Both the position numbers and the translations under genes were made by a program. DNA of 64,000 nucleotides from Spirochaetota bacterium (lineage in GTDB: Bacteria > Spirochaetota > UBA4802 > UBA5550): assembly GCA_963664815.2 (NCBI GenBank), contig CAXXHB010000003.1:3552001-3616000 (forward strand), in the 5' to 3' direction. Each line of letters begins with the position of its first letter. The stretch's first letter is position 1. Below the pieces are notes generated by a model, which saw only the letters and a program-made list of their open reading frames with translations, had not been told where the DNA came from and searched no databases. Positions 38,284-47,592 of the stretch are shown here, one piece after another.

Positions 38284-38512
38284 TCATATGTCAAGAGGAC
38301 TCTTAATGTTTTTCAATTTTCCCGCGCTTACATGTGTATAAATCATCATACATCCGGGACTTTGGTGTCCAGGTAGTTCCTGTATATATCGTATATCTAT
38401 ACCCTGTTCAGGCAGATGTGCAGCAAAGCTATGCCTTAAAGAATAAACTGTAACTGCTTTTTTATACCAGCTTTTATAACAGCCCGCTTAAAAAATATTC
38501 TGTACAGATCTC
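38284..38512 (-). pseudogene. Tyrosine recombinase/integrase C-terminal remnant
   Basis: RSVQNIF...AGIK/VTVYSLRHSFAAHLPEQGIDIRYIQELPGHQS...IYTHVS...IKSPLDI* (degenerate HxLRH...LGH...Y). Confidence 0.85.
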
Positions 38513-39010
38513 CCTTAGATGGGGCTATATGAATTTCATTTTTATTCATCACTGCAGCCGGCTATTAATACATATCAGAATTGTTTATATTTCAATGCTT
38601 TTTTTAGTATTCAAATAAATATCAGAGTTATTTCCAGATTGATATCTCCAGCACTCAGGAAACCTTGAGTGGGTTTTTTTAAGGGGCTTCGCCCCTTATG
38701 CCCTGTAAAAAAAAAGTTGCCCCTGCTTACAAAACCGGTAATCACGTTGTTGAGTTGGGGTTTCCGCGTAATGGAGGAATATGAAAAAATGTTACAAACA
38801 CAAATCATGCCGAAAACTGCTGTACACTGCAGCGATTATATCCCATCTGTCGCCATGTATATGCCTTTTATCCGCCACGAATCCGCCATGTATCCGGCGA
38901 AGTAACATCAGAATTTTTTTTCTTTTCCCGGAAAATTTTTAAATTTTCCGGCATCTTAAACCACACCGCTCCCCGGGTTTTTTTAAGTAAAACCGGAAAT
39001 GCTATAGTTA

Positions 39011-39044
39011 CCCCTCGCCATTTGGAGAGGGGCCGGGGGTGAGG
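39011..39044. repeat. REP-like palindromic element
   Basis: cccctcgccatttggagaggggccgggggtgagg, a common CCCCTCTCC..GGAGAGGGG..GGGGTGAGG type. Confidence 0.6.
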
Positions 39045-39189
39045 TCTGCATCGTGCATCAGCTTGTTCTGATTCAAATTCACTTCAGATTTATGACAAAA
39101 TCCAAACTCTGTTTACAGAGTATTCAGTATCGCTTCAATTTCGCCTCAAACACGCTACTGACAGCTATAAACGCGCTTTTTTCTCTGTT

Positions 39190-39693
39190 TTAAACGGTAT
39201 TGAAACGGTTTTTAACAGGGTCTACATACTGCCTGAGTCCTGTTTTAACAGTTTCACCTCTGTCTTTTACTGCATTAATATTACTCTGTCCATCTGCTGA
39301 TCTGCTGTTTTCTGAATAATAACCGGCATATTCTGAAATTTCACCGGAGGCGGATACAACCACTGCATCCCCTGTACCGCCGCTTCCCGATGGGGTAACA
39401 GGTGAACCTGGTGCAATGCCGCGAAGGTATTCCGACATAAAAAGATTGTACCCTGACTTTCTCTTCCTCTTTGCCCTGTTTCTGTAAAGGGCTTTCTCCT
39501 CTTCCGGAAGAACCTGCCAGGCCTTTACGCCGCCGCCGAAATTACCCCGGCACTTCACCTGCGGTTCAGTTCGCGGATTGGAGGGTATTGTACGTGCCTT
39601 AATGTAGATTTTACCATAGCGCCTGTAAAGAACAAGACCATCCAGGCCACCATGCGCAGTTCTTAAATAGGGATGAAGCTTAACTTTTGCCAT
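39190..39693 (-). CDS. Basic hypothetical protein (DUF6266-like N-terminus)
   Basis: AAGGAG RBS; V.Y.R.GK.Y....P.NPRT..Q...R..F...W..L..EEK...A.....GYNLF. Confidence 0.7.
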   Translation of the reverse strand: MAKVKLHPYLRTAHGGLDGLVLYRRYGKIYIKARTIPSNPRTEPQVKCRGNFGGGVKAWQVLPEEEKALYRNRAKRKRKSGYNLFMSEYLRGIAPGSPVTPSGSGGTGDAVVVSASGEISEYAGYYSENSRSADGQSNINAVKDRGETVKTGLRQYVDPVKNRFNTV

Positions 39694-39828
39694 ACATTTA
39701 TCTCCTTTTTCATTATTACTTTTTTATTGTTATATTGAAACTTATGTCTCTTATAACCAGTGCGGAAAAACAAATGACATGGGGCAAGCAGATTTTTTAA
39801 AAATGTTACCAGATTGGATTACGGACAT

Positions 39829-40130
39829 GTTGCTTTGCCACCTCCGGTGGGCTGAGCGGTTACGGCTGCTTAAGGTATACTATACAGACAGTGTATACTA
39901 TACAGACAGTGTATACTCAAAGAGTAATGATTAAAACCAAATTTACAAAAGATGCTCTTCCTTGCCCCTTCCAGGGGTGCGGGGTCTTAGGAGTCCAGGT
40001 TGCTGAAGGTATACTATACAAACAGTTCTTCTTTGCCCCTTCTGGGCGCCCGAGCGTAGCGACAAAGTACCCCTGGGGTAGGTGCGGGGTCTTAGAAGTC
40101 CAGGTTGCTGAAGGTATACTATACAAACAG
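39829..40130. repeat. Cluster of direct repeats with REP-like hairpins
   Basis: 50-nt copies at 39976-40025 and 40081-40130 (1 mismatch); tandem 18-nt gtatactatacagacagt at 39875-39910. Confidence 0.85.
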
Positions 40131-40149
40131 ATGTATCAACAATTACCAT
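40120..40149 (-). pseudogene. vapC: Truncated vapC (PIN toxin) start
   Basis: MVIVDTSV overlaps the antitoxin stop, then runs into the repeat cluster. Confidence 0.6.
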
Positions 40150-40361
40150 CGTCTGCGATTCAATTCTCTATTTCCTGAGGCAGAAAAATCTTTAGAAAAC
40201 TCAAGAGGCTTTTTCATTATACCTTCATTCAGAAATTGAATTTTCTTCAGAGAAAGCCATTCTTCTAATGCAGTAATAAGACTTTTGGTAATGTTTTTAC
40301 CGCCTGCGTACTGTTTTACATCTTTAATTAAATCATCCGGAATAAGTGCTGTTACTTTCAT
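40143..40361 (-). CDS. VapB-type antitoxin (DUF2191-like)
   Basis: MKVTALIPDDLI.DV..Y.GGKNIT.SL..AL.EWL. Confidence 0.75.
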   Translation of the reverse strand: MKVTALIPDDLIKDVKQYAGGKNITKSLITALEEWLSLKKIQFLNEGIMKKPLEFSKDFSASGNRELNRRRW

Positions 40362-40674
40362 AAGTAAAAACATATCGTATTTGTCAATAGTGAAATGTTG
40401 AAAATTCAGGGGACTGGAAAAAATTTAACACAATTTGCGCCCTATGTACTCATAATTTCCGGAAATTATCCGCTGATTGGAGAGATAATTATTTACAGGA
40501 TTTTTTATTTTTACGGTAAAATCATCGGTTTATTTTTACATTACAAAGTCCGGGAGAAAACAGGATTCAAATTCTATGCCTGTGCCGGGTATTTTCAAAT
40601 CAAGTCTGATACATAAGCGATTGAGAAAGGATGCATGTTATCCGCCATCTGTATTACACAGCTCTACAGATGTT

Positions 40675-41751
40675 TTACAGCAGCAGCTTTTTATAAACCT
40701 CTCCGGCATCACCTTCGCTGCATAGACCCGGCCGGTACTCCCGGTCAATTGCAAGAGGGTATGCAACAATACTGTGAATCTTCTTATTTCTGACCGTAAC
40801 ACCAATCATCACTGCGCTTCGCGTTTCGCTCTTCGCTGTCTGGTCGAACACGAAGTTCCCCATGCTGAAAAAAACATGCCCGCCGTTTATTTTTCTGTAG
40901 GGCTGAATCACGTGAGGGTGATGTCCCGCGATAATATCAGCCCCCGCTGAGATTATTTTTTTTGCCAGTTCAATCTCCCTTTCCGATGGTTCAGAAGCCA
41001 TTTCCATCCCCCAGTGAACCGATACTATGACCACGTCACTCTTTCTCCGCAAATCTCTTACGGCATTTATAATCCCCTCGGTATTATTATAATTGATCAC
41101 TTTATCCCTGGCATAATCCGACCTCCTCAGGCTGTTCAGGGTGTCGGTTAAGGAAATGAATCCCACACGGCAGCTGCCGGCAGAGATAATTACGCCTTTT
41201 CCGGAAAGAGACTTTCTGTCCGCCCCGGAATATGCAACACCCGATTTTTCAAGATACAATAAGGTTTTTGCAAGCCCGGCCACCCCCCGGTCAAGTATAT
41301 GGTTATTGGCAACTGAAACAATATTGAGCCCTGCACGCCTGAGTGCTGCTGCAAACCGAGGGTCAGCCCTGAACGTAAGGCCGGTTTTAAGATTTTCCCC
41401 ATCAACAAGCGGTGTTTCAAGATTAGTAAATGCAATGTCAGTTTTTTTAATTAAATATGAGATTTGCGAGAAGGGGTAATCGTAATCACTTTTCTCCCGG
41501 CAGAGATGTTCAACATTGCGAGACAGCATTGTATCACCTGTGAGGATTATGTTTATGTCATCACTTCCATCTTCCAAAGTATCATCAGATACTTTCACAG
41601 GCTCAGAATCTGCTTTATAAAGCAGCAGCGGAATTTCAACCTGACTATTAAGCTTATTGCAGGCACAGAATGTATTTAAAACCAGCAGCAATAAAGTAAT
41701 TTCCAGCAACAAATAGTTTTTTAATCCCGGCATCATTTCAATCCTCAGCAA
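40675..41751 (-). CDS. CapA/PgsA-family metallophosphoesterase lipoprotein
   Basis: GDTM, NLETP, ANNHILD.G, VHWG.E, GHHPHV.Q, SMGNFVFDQ. Confidence 0.92.
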   Translation of the reverse strand: MLRIEMMPGLKNYLLLEITLLLLVLNTFCACNKLNSQVEIPLLLYKADSEPVKVSDDTLEDGSDDINIILTGDTMLSRNVEHLCREKSDYDYPFSQISYLIKKTDIAFTNLETPLVDGENLKTGLTFRADPRFAAALRRAGLNIVSVANNHILDRGVAGLAKTLLYLEKSGVAYSGADRKSLSGKGVIISAGSCRVGFISLTDTLNSLRRSDYARDKVINYNNTEGIINAVRDLRRKSDVVIVSVHWGMEMASEPSEREIELAKKIISAGADIIAGHHPHVIQPYRKINGGHVFFSMGNFVFDQTAKSETRSAVMIGVTVRNKKIHSIVAYPLAIDREYRPGLCSEGDAGEVYKKLLL

Positions 41752-41833
41752 TAATCTCTTACCATAAATTATATTTTAATATCCGGACAGCACTAAAGTC
41801 ATATCAGCCATGCAAAAAATAGTTTTCATCAAC

Positions 41834-41930
41834 CGTCATTCCTGTGAATACAGTAATCTGTTCACTATCAATAAACCTGTTCTGTACAAAACAGATTCCG
41901 GTTCTACGCTTTGCTTCGACCGGAATGACG
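41834..41930. repeat. GTCATTCC...GGAATGAC REP/REPIN-like element
   Basis: cgtcattcctg...aatctgtt / aacagattccgg...ccggaatgacg. Confidence 0.65.
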
Positions 41931-41970
41931 ATAATAAAACCTGAGTGCTATACATAACTATTATCAGTAT

Positions 41971-42885
41971 TCACAGTTTTCCCATATAGATAAAAAAATA
42001 ACTGGTTGCTTTTACATTCTTCTTTGAGACAACTGCCGAATTGGTGTTTAAAAGAATATCGGCTGTATAATTTTTTCCCCGGGAATAACTCATCAGCACT
42101 TCGAGCCCCCTGTTGCAGTCCATGTTGAGCAGAGGGAGAACCCCTTCATCCATATATGTTTTATATCTCTCTATTACATCAGCAGTATGCCTGTCAAAGG
42201 GTTCTATCTCCCTGCTGTACTTATTGTGAACAAAATCCGCGCTGAGCAATACAAACGTCGATTCATCAGAATTTTCGGAAAGGAACTCACCCAGCCTGTA
42301 TGCGTCATTTTCAGAAAACCCGTGTTTAATTATAACAGGTACCACCTTTGACTGCGGGAAATACTCTTTAATAAAAGGAATCAGAGCCCCCATGGAATGC
42401 TCAAAGGTGAAGGCATCCTGATCATACTCCGCGAAGCCGTTCTTTACAAGTTCTCCTGCAATCTTACAGTCCGGTTCGATAAATCCGAATGGAGTTTTCC
42501 ACCGCTGTGAGCTTGCTGCTACAACTGCTCTTCCGCGGGCATAATGATTAGGGCCTATAATAATAAAGGTTTTAATTCCATCATTTCCGCACACAATGGA
42601 GAGTTCTTTAAAAAAACCGGAGATATATTCGGCCATAAGCAGGTGATGGCTGCAGACTCCTGCTGCTATTTTATTTAAATGCGTTTTGAAAGGATATGAT
42701 TTCTTTTCGGCATTCAGAAAAAATTCAATGTCATCACTCTTCAGGGTATACTGAAAGTCCGGATTATTGTCACTTCTGTATGCTGTAATCAGCAATATAG
42801 ATACAACAATACCGGCCGCAAATAAAATACATCTGAGGCCGGTTTTCATAAACGCGGGAGATTTATTCACAGAAATAATCCTCAA
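41971..42885 (-). CDS. Memo/AmmeMemoRadiSam protein B family, with N-terminal membrane anchor
   Basis: SHH, IIGPNH, W.TPFG, EHS....IPFI, SADF.H. Confidence 0.85.
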   Translation of the reverse strand: MRIISVNKSPAFMKTGLRCILFAAGIVVSILLITAYRSDNNPDFQYTLKSDDIEFFLNAEKKSYPFKTHLNKIAAGVCSHHLLMAEYISGFFKELSIVCGNDGIKTFIIIGPNHYARGRAVVAASSQRWKTPFGFIEPDCKIAGELVKNGFAEYDQDAFTFEHSMGALIPFIKEYFPQSKVVPVIIKHGFSENDAYRLGEFLSENSDESTFVLLSADFVHNKYSREIEPFDRHTADVIERYKTYMDEGVLPLLNMDCNRGLEVLMSYSRGKNYTADILLNTNSAVVSKKNVKATSYFFIYMGKL

Positions 42886-42891
42886 TACTGA

Positions 42892-45186
42892 TTACTGTGA
42901 AAACGGTATCTTTTTTATCCAGTCGGGTTCAAGGTTTTTCAGCGATTTCCAGCCCCCTTCTTTGTATACCTTGTCTTTCCATTCATCATCTGTCATCCGT
43001 TTATCCTGCGGATTGCTGAATTCATAGTAGGAGTATATGTATCCCACGCAGACCCTTAGCCCATTGTTGTCGGAAACAACAACATATAACTGATGGGGAA
43101 TGCCTACTCCGGCCTCAAGAACAGTGTGAAAGAAGTTATCGGTATGAACATCCGAGATCAGAGCCATCTGTTTGTCCTTCTGTTTCATGGCGCTGTAATC
43201 AGTATCCTCCGGAAGGATTAGAGCCCCGATATTTGTGTTGAATTCAGCAATAAACATAAAATCATCGTCTGAAATCTTATCATTTGCAACCTGTTTTTTA
43301 GCGATACTCCTCATCCTGTCGACAATCTTTTCAAATTCGACAAAACGCTTTTCATACTGGTCTGTCATCATATTCATTGCGCCGAGTTTTTTTCTTATCT
43401 GTGCAGATAGGTCATATATCGCAGTGAAGAATTTCACGTTAGGTTCCACATACCCGTGAGGAATATACGGCTGCCCGGGAAAATATCTTGTCTCACCCTC
43501 GCCGCCAGCTTCACCGTAGCTCTGTTTTGTATATAGAAGAGTATCATGCTTCAGCTCAGCCCATGAACCGTGTGTTGTAAGAAGAAGCCTGTGACGCCAT
43601 TCGGGTGTTTTGAAAGCAAACGGCAATTTTTCATCCGCTTTGTCAAACAGTGTTATAAACGTATAAAGCCACCCGTAATAGGCATTCTGCTTCCATACAT
43701 TGTCGCCGTATTTGCTGAACTCGTTTTTCAGCGTCATGTATTCACTCTGGTACTTAGGGATATTTTTCATATCACCCTGCAGCAGATCCTCCGCCTCTTT
43801 TGAACCCAGGATTGCCATTACGTCAAGAGCCTTGGGTGTGTTCCTCGGAGCCTCGTTTGTACCGACATTCTTTGAAGTCAGACGTGAAAAGATATATGCA
43901 TCGGGCACAAATCTCTGTCCCATGAACCGGAAGCCGCGCTGCATTTCAAGGTTCTTACCGGAATCTTTGCTGCTTTTACTATCCAGCGGTACACTTGATA
44001 TCTTAGGCCCCGGCAGTTTCTTGGTAGCATTTATAAAATCGTTCAACTTAGCCTTATCCGGGTAAGATCCCGGCATATCCGTGCTTCCGAAGACCTTTCT
44101 CATAACTGCCTGATACTGATACAGGTTAAGATCCTCGCTTTTACCTATGAGATAACCTGTAGGCTTATAAATAAGCTCCCACTTTTTCAGGTTTTCCGGT
44201 TTGCTTAAAAGCGAAGTAAGTATAACAGGTATCACAGGCTTATCCTCCGGGAAATACAGCCTTCCGTACCAGATCATCGCCTTGAAGTATTTTGTAAGAT
44301 TTTCTGTAAGTGTATAATATCCGCGCGGCTTGTATTGCGTGAAGTCCTCCATCTCTCCGGTAATTGCAGACTTGCCGTTACCCTCCATTGCCTCTATCAT
44401 ATTAAGGTCATTTGCAACCAGGGAATTGATCTGGGCAACATCCCCTCTGGGAGTAACCCCCATAATCCTGGCAGGGACCAGGAGAAACGCGGCAGCCTTT
44501 TTAACCTCTTCCTTAAGCTGCGGATCGTAGGTATTATTATAAAGCTCAACAGCGTCATTAAGCATCGATTCCGTCATGGACCGCAGCGCCGGATAAAACT
44601 TCTTCTCCTCGACACTCTGCATCATCCTCATAAACATCAGATGGAATATATGAAGGGTATAATCGGCCGATATGAAGTACGGGGCTATGTTGTACACAGG
44701 ACTGTCTCCCTCCATCCCTTCGTAGTATTCAGAAGGTTTCTGCAGCCTCGAGTACCTGAGATAGAGGTCAACCATATCATCATACCTTAATTCCGTTGCT
44801 CCCCATTCATCCCTTTTCGGGTAATAGAGCTGACTGAGTTCCACCGGCTTGATAAAGAATCCGGTATTCTTAAGAAAATTAAACTCATTCATGTTGAAGA
44901 TATACTCTTCATAGGTATATCTCTCCTCTTTTTTTGTGTTCGTCAGATCGGCAACTGTTTTGTACTCCCTGCCTGTACATTCGAATTTAATCCTTGTAGG
45001 GATACCATCCTTAACTTCGACATCTGAGTAGCCGGCAGCAGCTTCATTTGATGCGTTTTTTTTGCAGCCGGAATTAATGACAAGAGATAAAGCAATAACA
45101 GATAAAATGCAGATAATTCCTGCGGGAATAAAGTATCTGTTTCTTCGGGACAATAAAGTTCCACGATACCAGATATGATCCTTCAT
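42892..45186 (-). CDS. DUF3160-domain exported protein or lipoprotein
   Basis: DFTQYKPRGYYT, YFKAMIWYGR, FRFMGQRFVPD, SWAELKHDT.LY.KQ, GYVEPN, SYYEF, RMTDDEW. Confidence 0.88.
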   Translation of the reverse strand: MKDHIWYRGTLLSRRNRYFIPAGIICILSVIALSLVINSGCKKNASNEAAAGYSDVEVKDGIPTRIKFECTGREYKTVADLTNTKKEERYTYEEYIFNMNEFNFLKNTGFFIKPVELSQLYYPKRDEWGATELRYDDMVDLYLRYSRLQKPSEYYEGMEGDSPVYNIAPYFISADYTLHIFHLMFMRMMQSVEEKKFYPALRSMTESMLNDAVELYNNTYDPQLKEEVKKAAAFLLVPARIMGVTPRGDVAQINSLVANDLNMIEAMEGNGKSAITGEMEDFTQYKPRGYYTLTENLTKYFKAMIWYGRLYFPEDKPVIPVILTSLLSKPENLKKWELIYKPTGYLIGKSEDLNLYQYQAVMRKVFGSTDMPGSYPDKAKLNDFINATKKLPGPKISSVPLDSKSSKDSGKNLEMQRGFRFMGQRFVPDAYIFSRLTSKNVGTNEAPRNTPKALDVMAILGSKEAEDLLQGDMKNIPKYQSEYMTLKNEFSKYGDNVWKQNAYYGWLYTFITLFDKADEKLPFAFKTPEWRHRLLLTTHGSWAELKHDTLLYTKQSYGEAGGEGETRYFPGQPYIPHGYVEPNVKFFTAIYDLSAQIRKKLGAMNMMTDQYEKRFVEFEKIVDRMRSIAKKQVANDKISDDDFMFIAEFNTNIGALILPEDTDYSAMKQKDKQMALISDVHTDNFFHTVLEAGVGIPHQLYVVVSDNNGLRVCVGYIYSYYEFSNPQDKRMTDDEWKDKVYKEGGWKSLKNLEPDWIKKIPFSQ

Positions 45187-45500
45187 ACTACCTCCGGGTA
45201 TGATAAATACTGAATTTATAGATTTGTATTTAATTTATATATTTCTGCGGAAGAATCAATGTTTTTTTCTGCAGAATTCAATGAATAAGATTCACGGTTT
45301 TAAAAATGAATTCGGGCATTTCATGTACCTGACAAAAGGGTATGCCATGCATGAAAACAAATCAGTCACATGATATATCGAAGTCTGTTAATGATCCATC
45401 TTAATTTATCAAAATCCTGCAGGAATATGAAAGGAGAATAGTGAAAAAAGTATTCATAAAGCGGTTCAGTCGAACAATAAATATGCAGAAGAAAATTATA

Positions 45501-46505
45501 TTAAGGTGTGAATTTCTGTATACGATTGTTTCCTCCGTCGGTAATATAAATACCGCCAAATGGATCAATTGTAATATCGTAAGGGGAGCTGAACTGCCCG
45601 TCACCGGTACCGCTGCTCCCCCACTGGCATGAATATCTGCCGTCAGGAAGGAATTTCTGAACCCTGTTTGATGATGCATCGGCAACAAAAATATTCCCGC
45701 AGGAGTCAACAGCTATACCGCCTGGCTGACTGAACTGGCCGTTCGCCGTACCGCTGCTCCCCCACTGTGTAATATATGTCCCTGTTGATGAAAATTTCTG
45801 TATCCTTACATTGTTTGTATCCGCAACATATACATTTCCGGAGCTGTCAACGGCAATCTCAGTCGGCTGACTGAACAGTCCGTTACCGGTACCGCTGCTC
45901 CCCCACTGTGTAATATATGTCCCTGTTGATGAAAATTTCTGTACTCTGGAATTGCCCGGATCAACGACATAAATGTTGTCTGAAGAATCAACTGCAATTC
46001 CCGCGAGAGTGCTGAACTGTCCGTCTCCGGTACCCAGGCTTCCCCACTTTGTGATAAATGTTCCTGATGCAGAAAATTTTTCCACCCTTGGAGTTGAAGC
46101 ATTTGAATCCGTTACATAAATATTTCCTGATGAGTCAATGCATATGCTTACCGGAATAGTAAAACTCCCGTCTGCAGTTCCGGAGCTTCCAAATGTTGAT
46201 AAATATGTCCCATTCGATGAGAACTTCTGTATCCGGCAATTCCCCTTATCAACAACATATATATTCCCTGAAGAATCAGCAGCAACACCGTATGGAGTAT
46301 AGAATTTACCGCTGGTATAACCGCTGCTCCCCCATTGAAGGTTATACCCGTAATAATCAGCAAAACAGTCACTCATCGCCATTGAATACATGTCATTTCT
46401 TTCGCAGGTTAGTGTCAGAAGTATCAGGAGCATAAATCCCCCGATAAATGGAATATGAAATAGAATGCGTCTCATCAGAACTCCCGGCCGGATATACATT
46501 ATCAT
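45501..46505 (-). CDS. NHL-repeat beta-propeller protein
   Basis: Six WGS.G.G.GQF..P.GIAVDS.GNIYV.D..N.RIQKF repeats. Confidence 0.93.
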   Translation of the reverse strand: MIMYIRPGVLMRRILFHIPFIGGFMLLILLTLTCERNDMYSMAMSDCFADYYGYNLQWGSSGYTSGKFYTPYGVAADSSGNIYVVDKGNCRIQKFSSNGTYLSTFGSSGTADGSFTIPVSICIDSSGNIYVTDSNASTPRVEKFSASGTFITKWGSLGTGDGQFSTLAGIAVDSSDNIYVVDPGNSRVQKFSSTGTYITQWGSSGTGNGLFSQPTEIAVDSSGNVYVADTNNVRIQKFSSTGTYITQWGSSGTANGQFSQPGGIAVDSCGNIFVADASSNRVQKFLPDGRYSCQWGSSGTGDGQFSSPYDITIDPFGGIYITDGGNNRIQKFTP

Positions 46506-46603
46506 TATGAACCAGGAAATAAAATTTGCACTATATTGTAAAGCGATTTATACGAATAGTCACGCCATGTTCAGCAGTTAAAATCAGATAAAAAACGAAG
46601 AAA

Positions 46604-46858
46604 CTACTTTTTTCTCAAAAAATGGATATTTCTGATATATATCAGAAACCCGGTACTCTGTCCAAGAATAAAGACAATATCTTTTTTCAAAATTGCATAG
46701 GTCAGGAGAAGAATACTCCCCGCCAGGCTTATATACCAGAAAACCTCCGGGATAACACTCTGCTTAGCACGCTCTGAATATATCCACTGAACAACAAATC
46801 TTAATCCGAAAATCAGCTGCCCCAGAAGTCCTATTGCAAGGATAACATTAGTGTTCAC
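46604..46858 (-). CDS. Lipid A biosynthesis N-terminal domain (LAB_N) membrane protein
   Basis: GQ.IF..RF.VQW..SE...SVIP..FW..SL.G...D.VFILGQ...IY.RN. Confidence 0.88.
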   Translation of the reverse strand: MNTNVILAIGLLGQLIFGLRFVVQWIYSERAKQSVIPEVFWYISLAGSILLLTYAILKKDIVFILGQSTGFLIYIRNIHFLRKK

Positions 46859-47576
46859 CCGAAGCCTCTTTTATTGAATACGGTATATTCCTTTTAATCA
46901 TCCAGAATACCGCAAAGAGATCGGCAAGTCCCTCCATCCCTCTTTTCAGATTTGTATATTTAGAGACACCAAATTTCCTGGCCCGATGGTTTACTCTGAC
47001 CTCCACGACAGTTGCCCCCTCAAGACGCATCAGTGTTGAAAGGAATCGGTGGGACCCACGGAAAAGCTTGACTTTTTTAAGGATTGAGGCTTTCATAACC
47101 TTCAATGAACATCCGGTGTCGTGAATACTGTCTCCTGTCACCAGAGAGCGGATTGAGTTCCCTATCAGGCTTGCAATGCGGCGTGAAGGACTGTCATTTC
47201 TCTTATACCGCCAGCCGACAACCATATCATATTGTTTATACAGCTCAAGCATGGATGGAATATCATGCGGATCATTCTGAAGATCTGCATCCATTGTAAT
47301 GACAACATCCCCGGATACCTCCTGGAAACCTGCCGCAAATGCGGCCGATTGTCCCATATTATAAGCAAAAGAGAGATACTTCGCAGACAGATTACCGGCC
47401 GACAGGGAACGTATTATATTCAGACTTTTATCTGTGCTCCCGTCATCAACCATTATTACTTCATAGGGAGTTTTTATTTTACTCATTACATCAACCAATT
47501 CAGAAAAAAGTATTTCCAGGTTTTCCTCTTCATTATAAACCGGAATTACAAATGAAATTTTATCGATTGTATTCAT
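46848..47576 (-). CDS. GT2 polyprenol-phosphate glycosyltransferase (ArnC/DPM1-like)
   Basis: VIPVYNEEEN, DDGSTD, DADLQNDP, DTGCSLK, HRF. Confidence 0.92.
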   Translation of the reverse strand: MNTIDKISFVIPVYNEEENLEILFSELVDVMSKIKTPYEVIMVDDGSTDKSLNIIRSLSAGNLSAKYLSFAYNMGQSAAFAAGFQEVSGDVVITMDADLQNDPHDIPSMLELYKQYDMVVGWRYKRNDSPSRRIASLIGNSIRSLVTGDSIHDTGCSLKVMKASILKKVKLFRGSHRFLSTLMRLEGATVVEVRVNHRARKFGVSKYTNLKRGMEGLADLFAVFWMIKRNIPYSIKEASGEH

Positions 47577-47592
47577 AAAGCATTCCCCCCTG

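Noticed and set aside
39829-40130. Possible CRISPR array
   Set aside because: Only two full 50-nt copies plus partial units, irregular spacing, related inter-repeat sequence and no cas genes; fits a REP-like or duplication cluster
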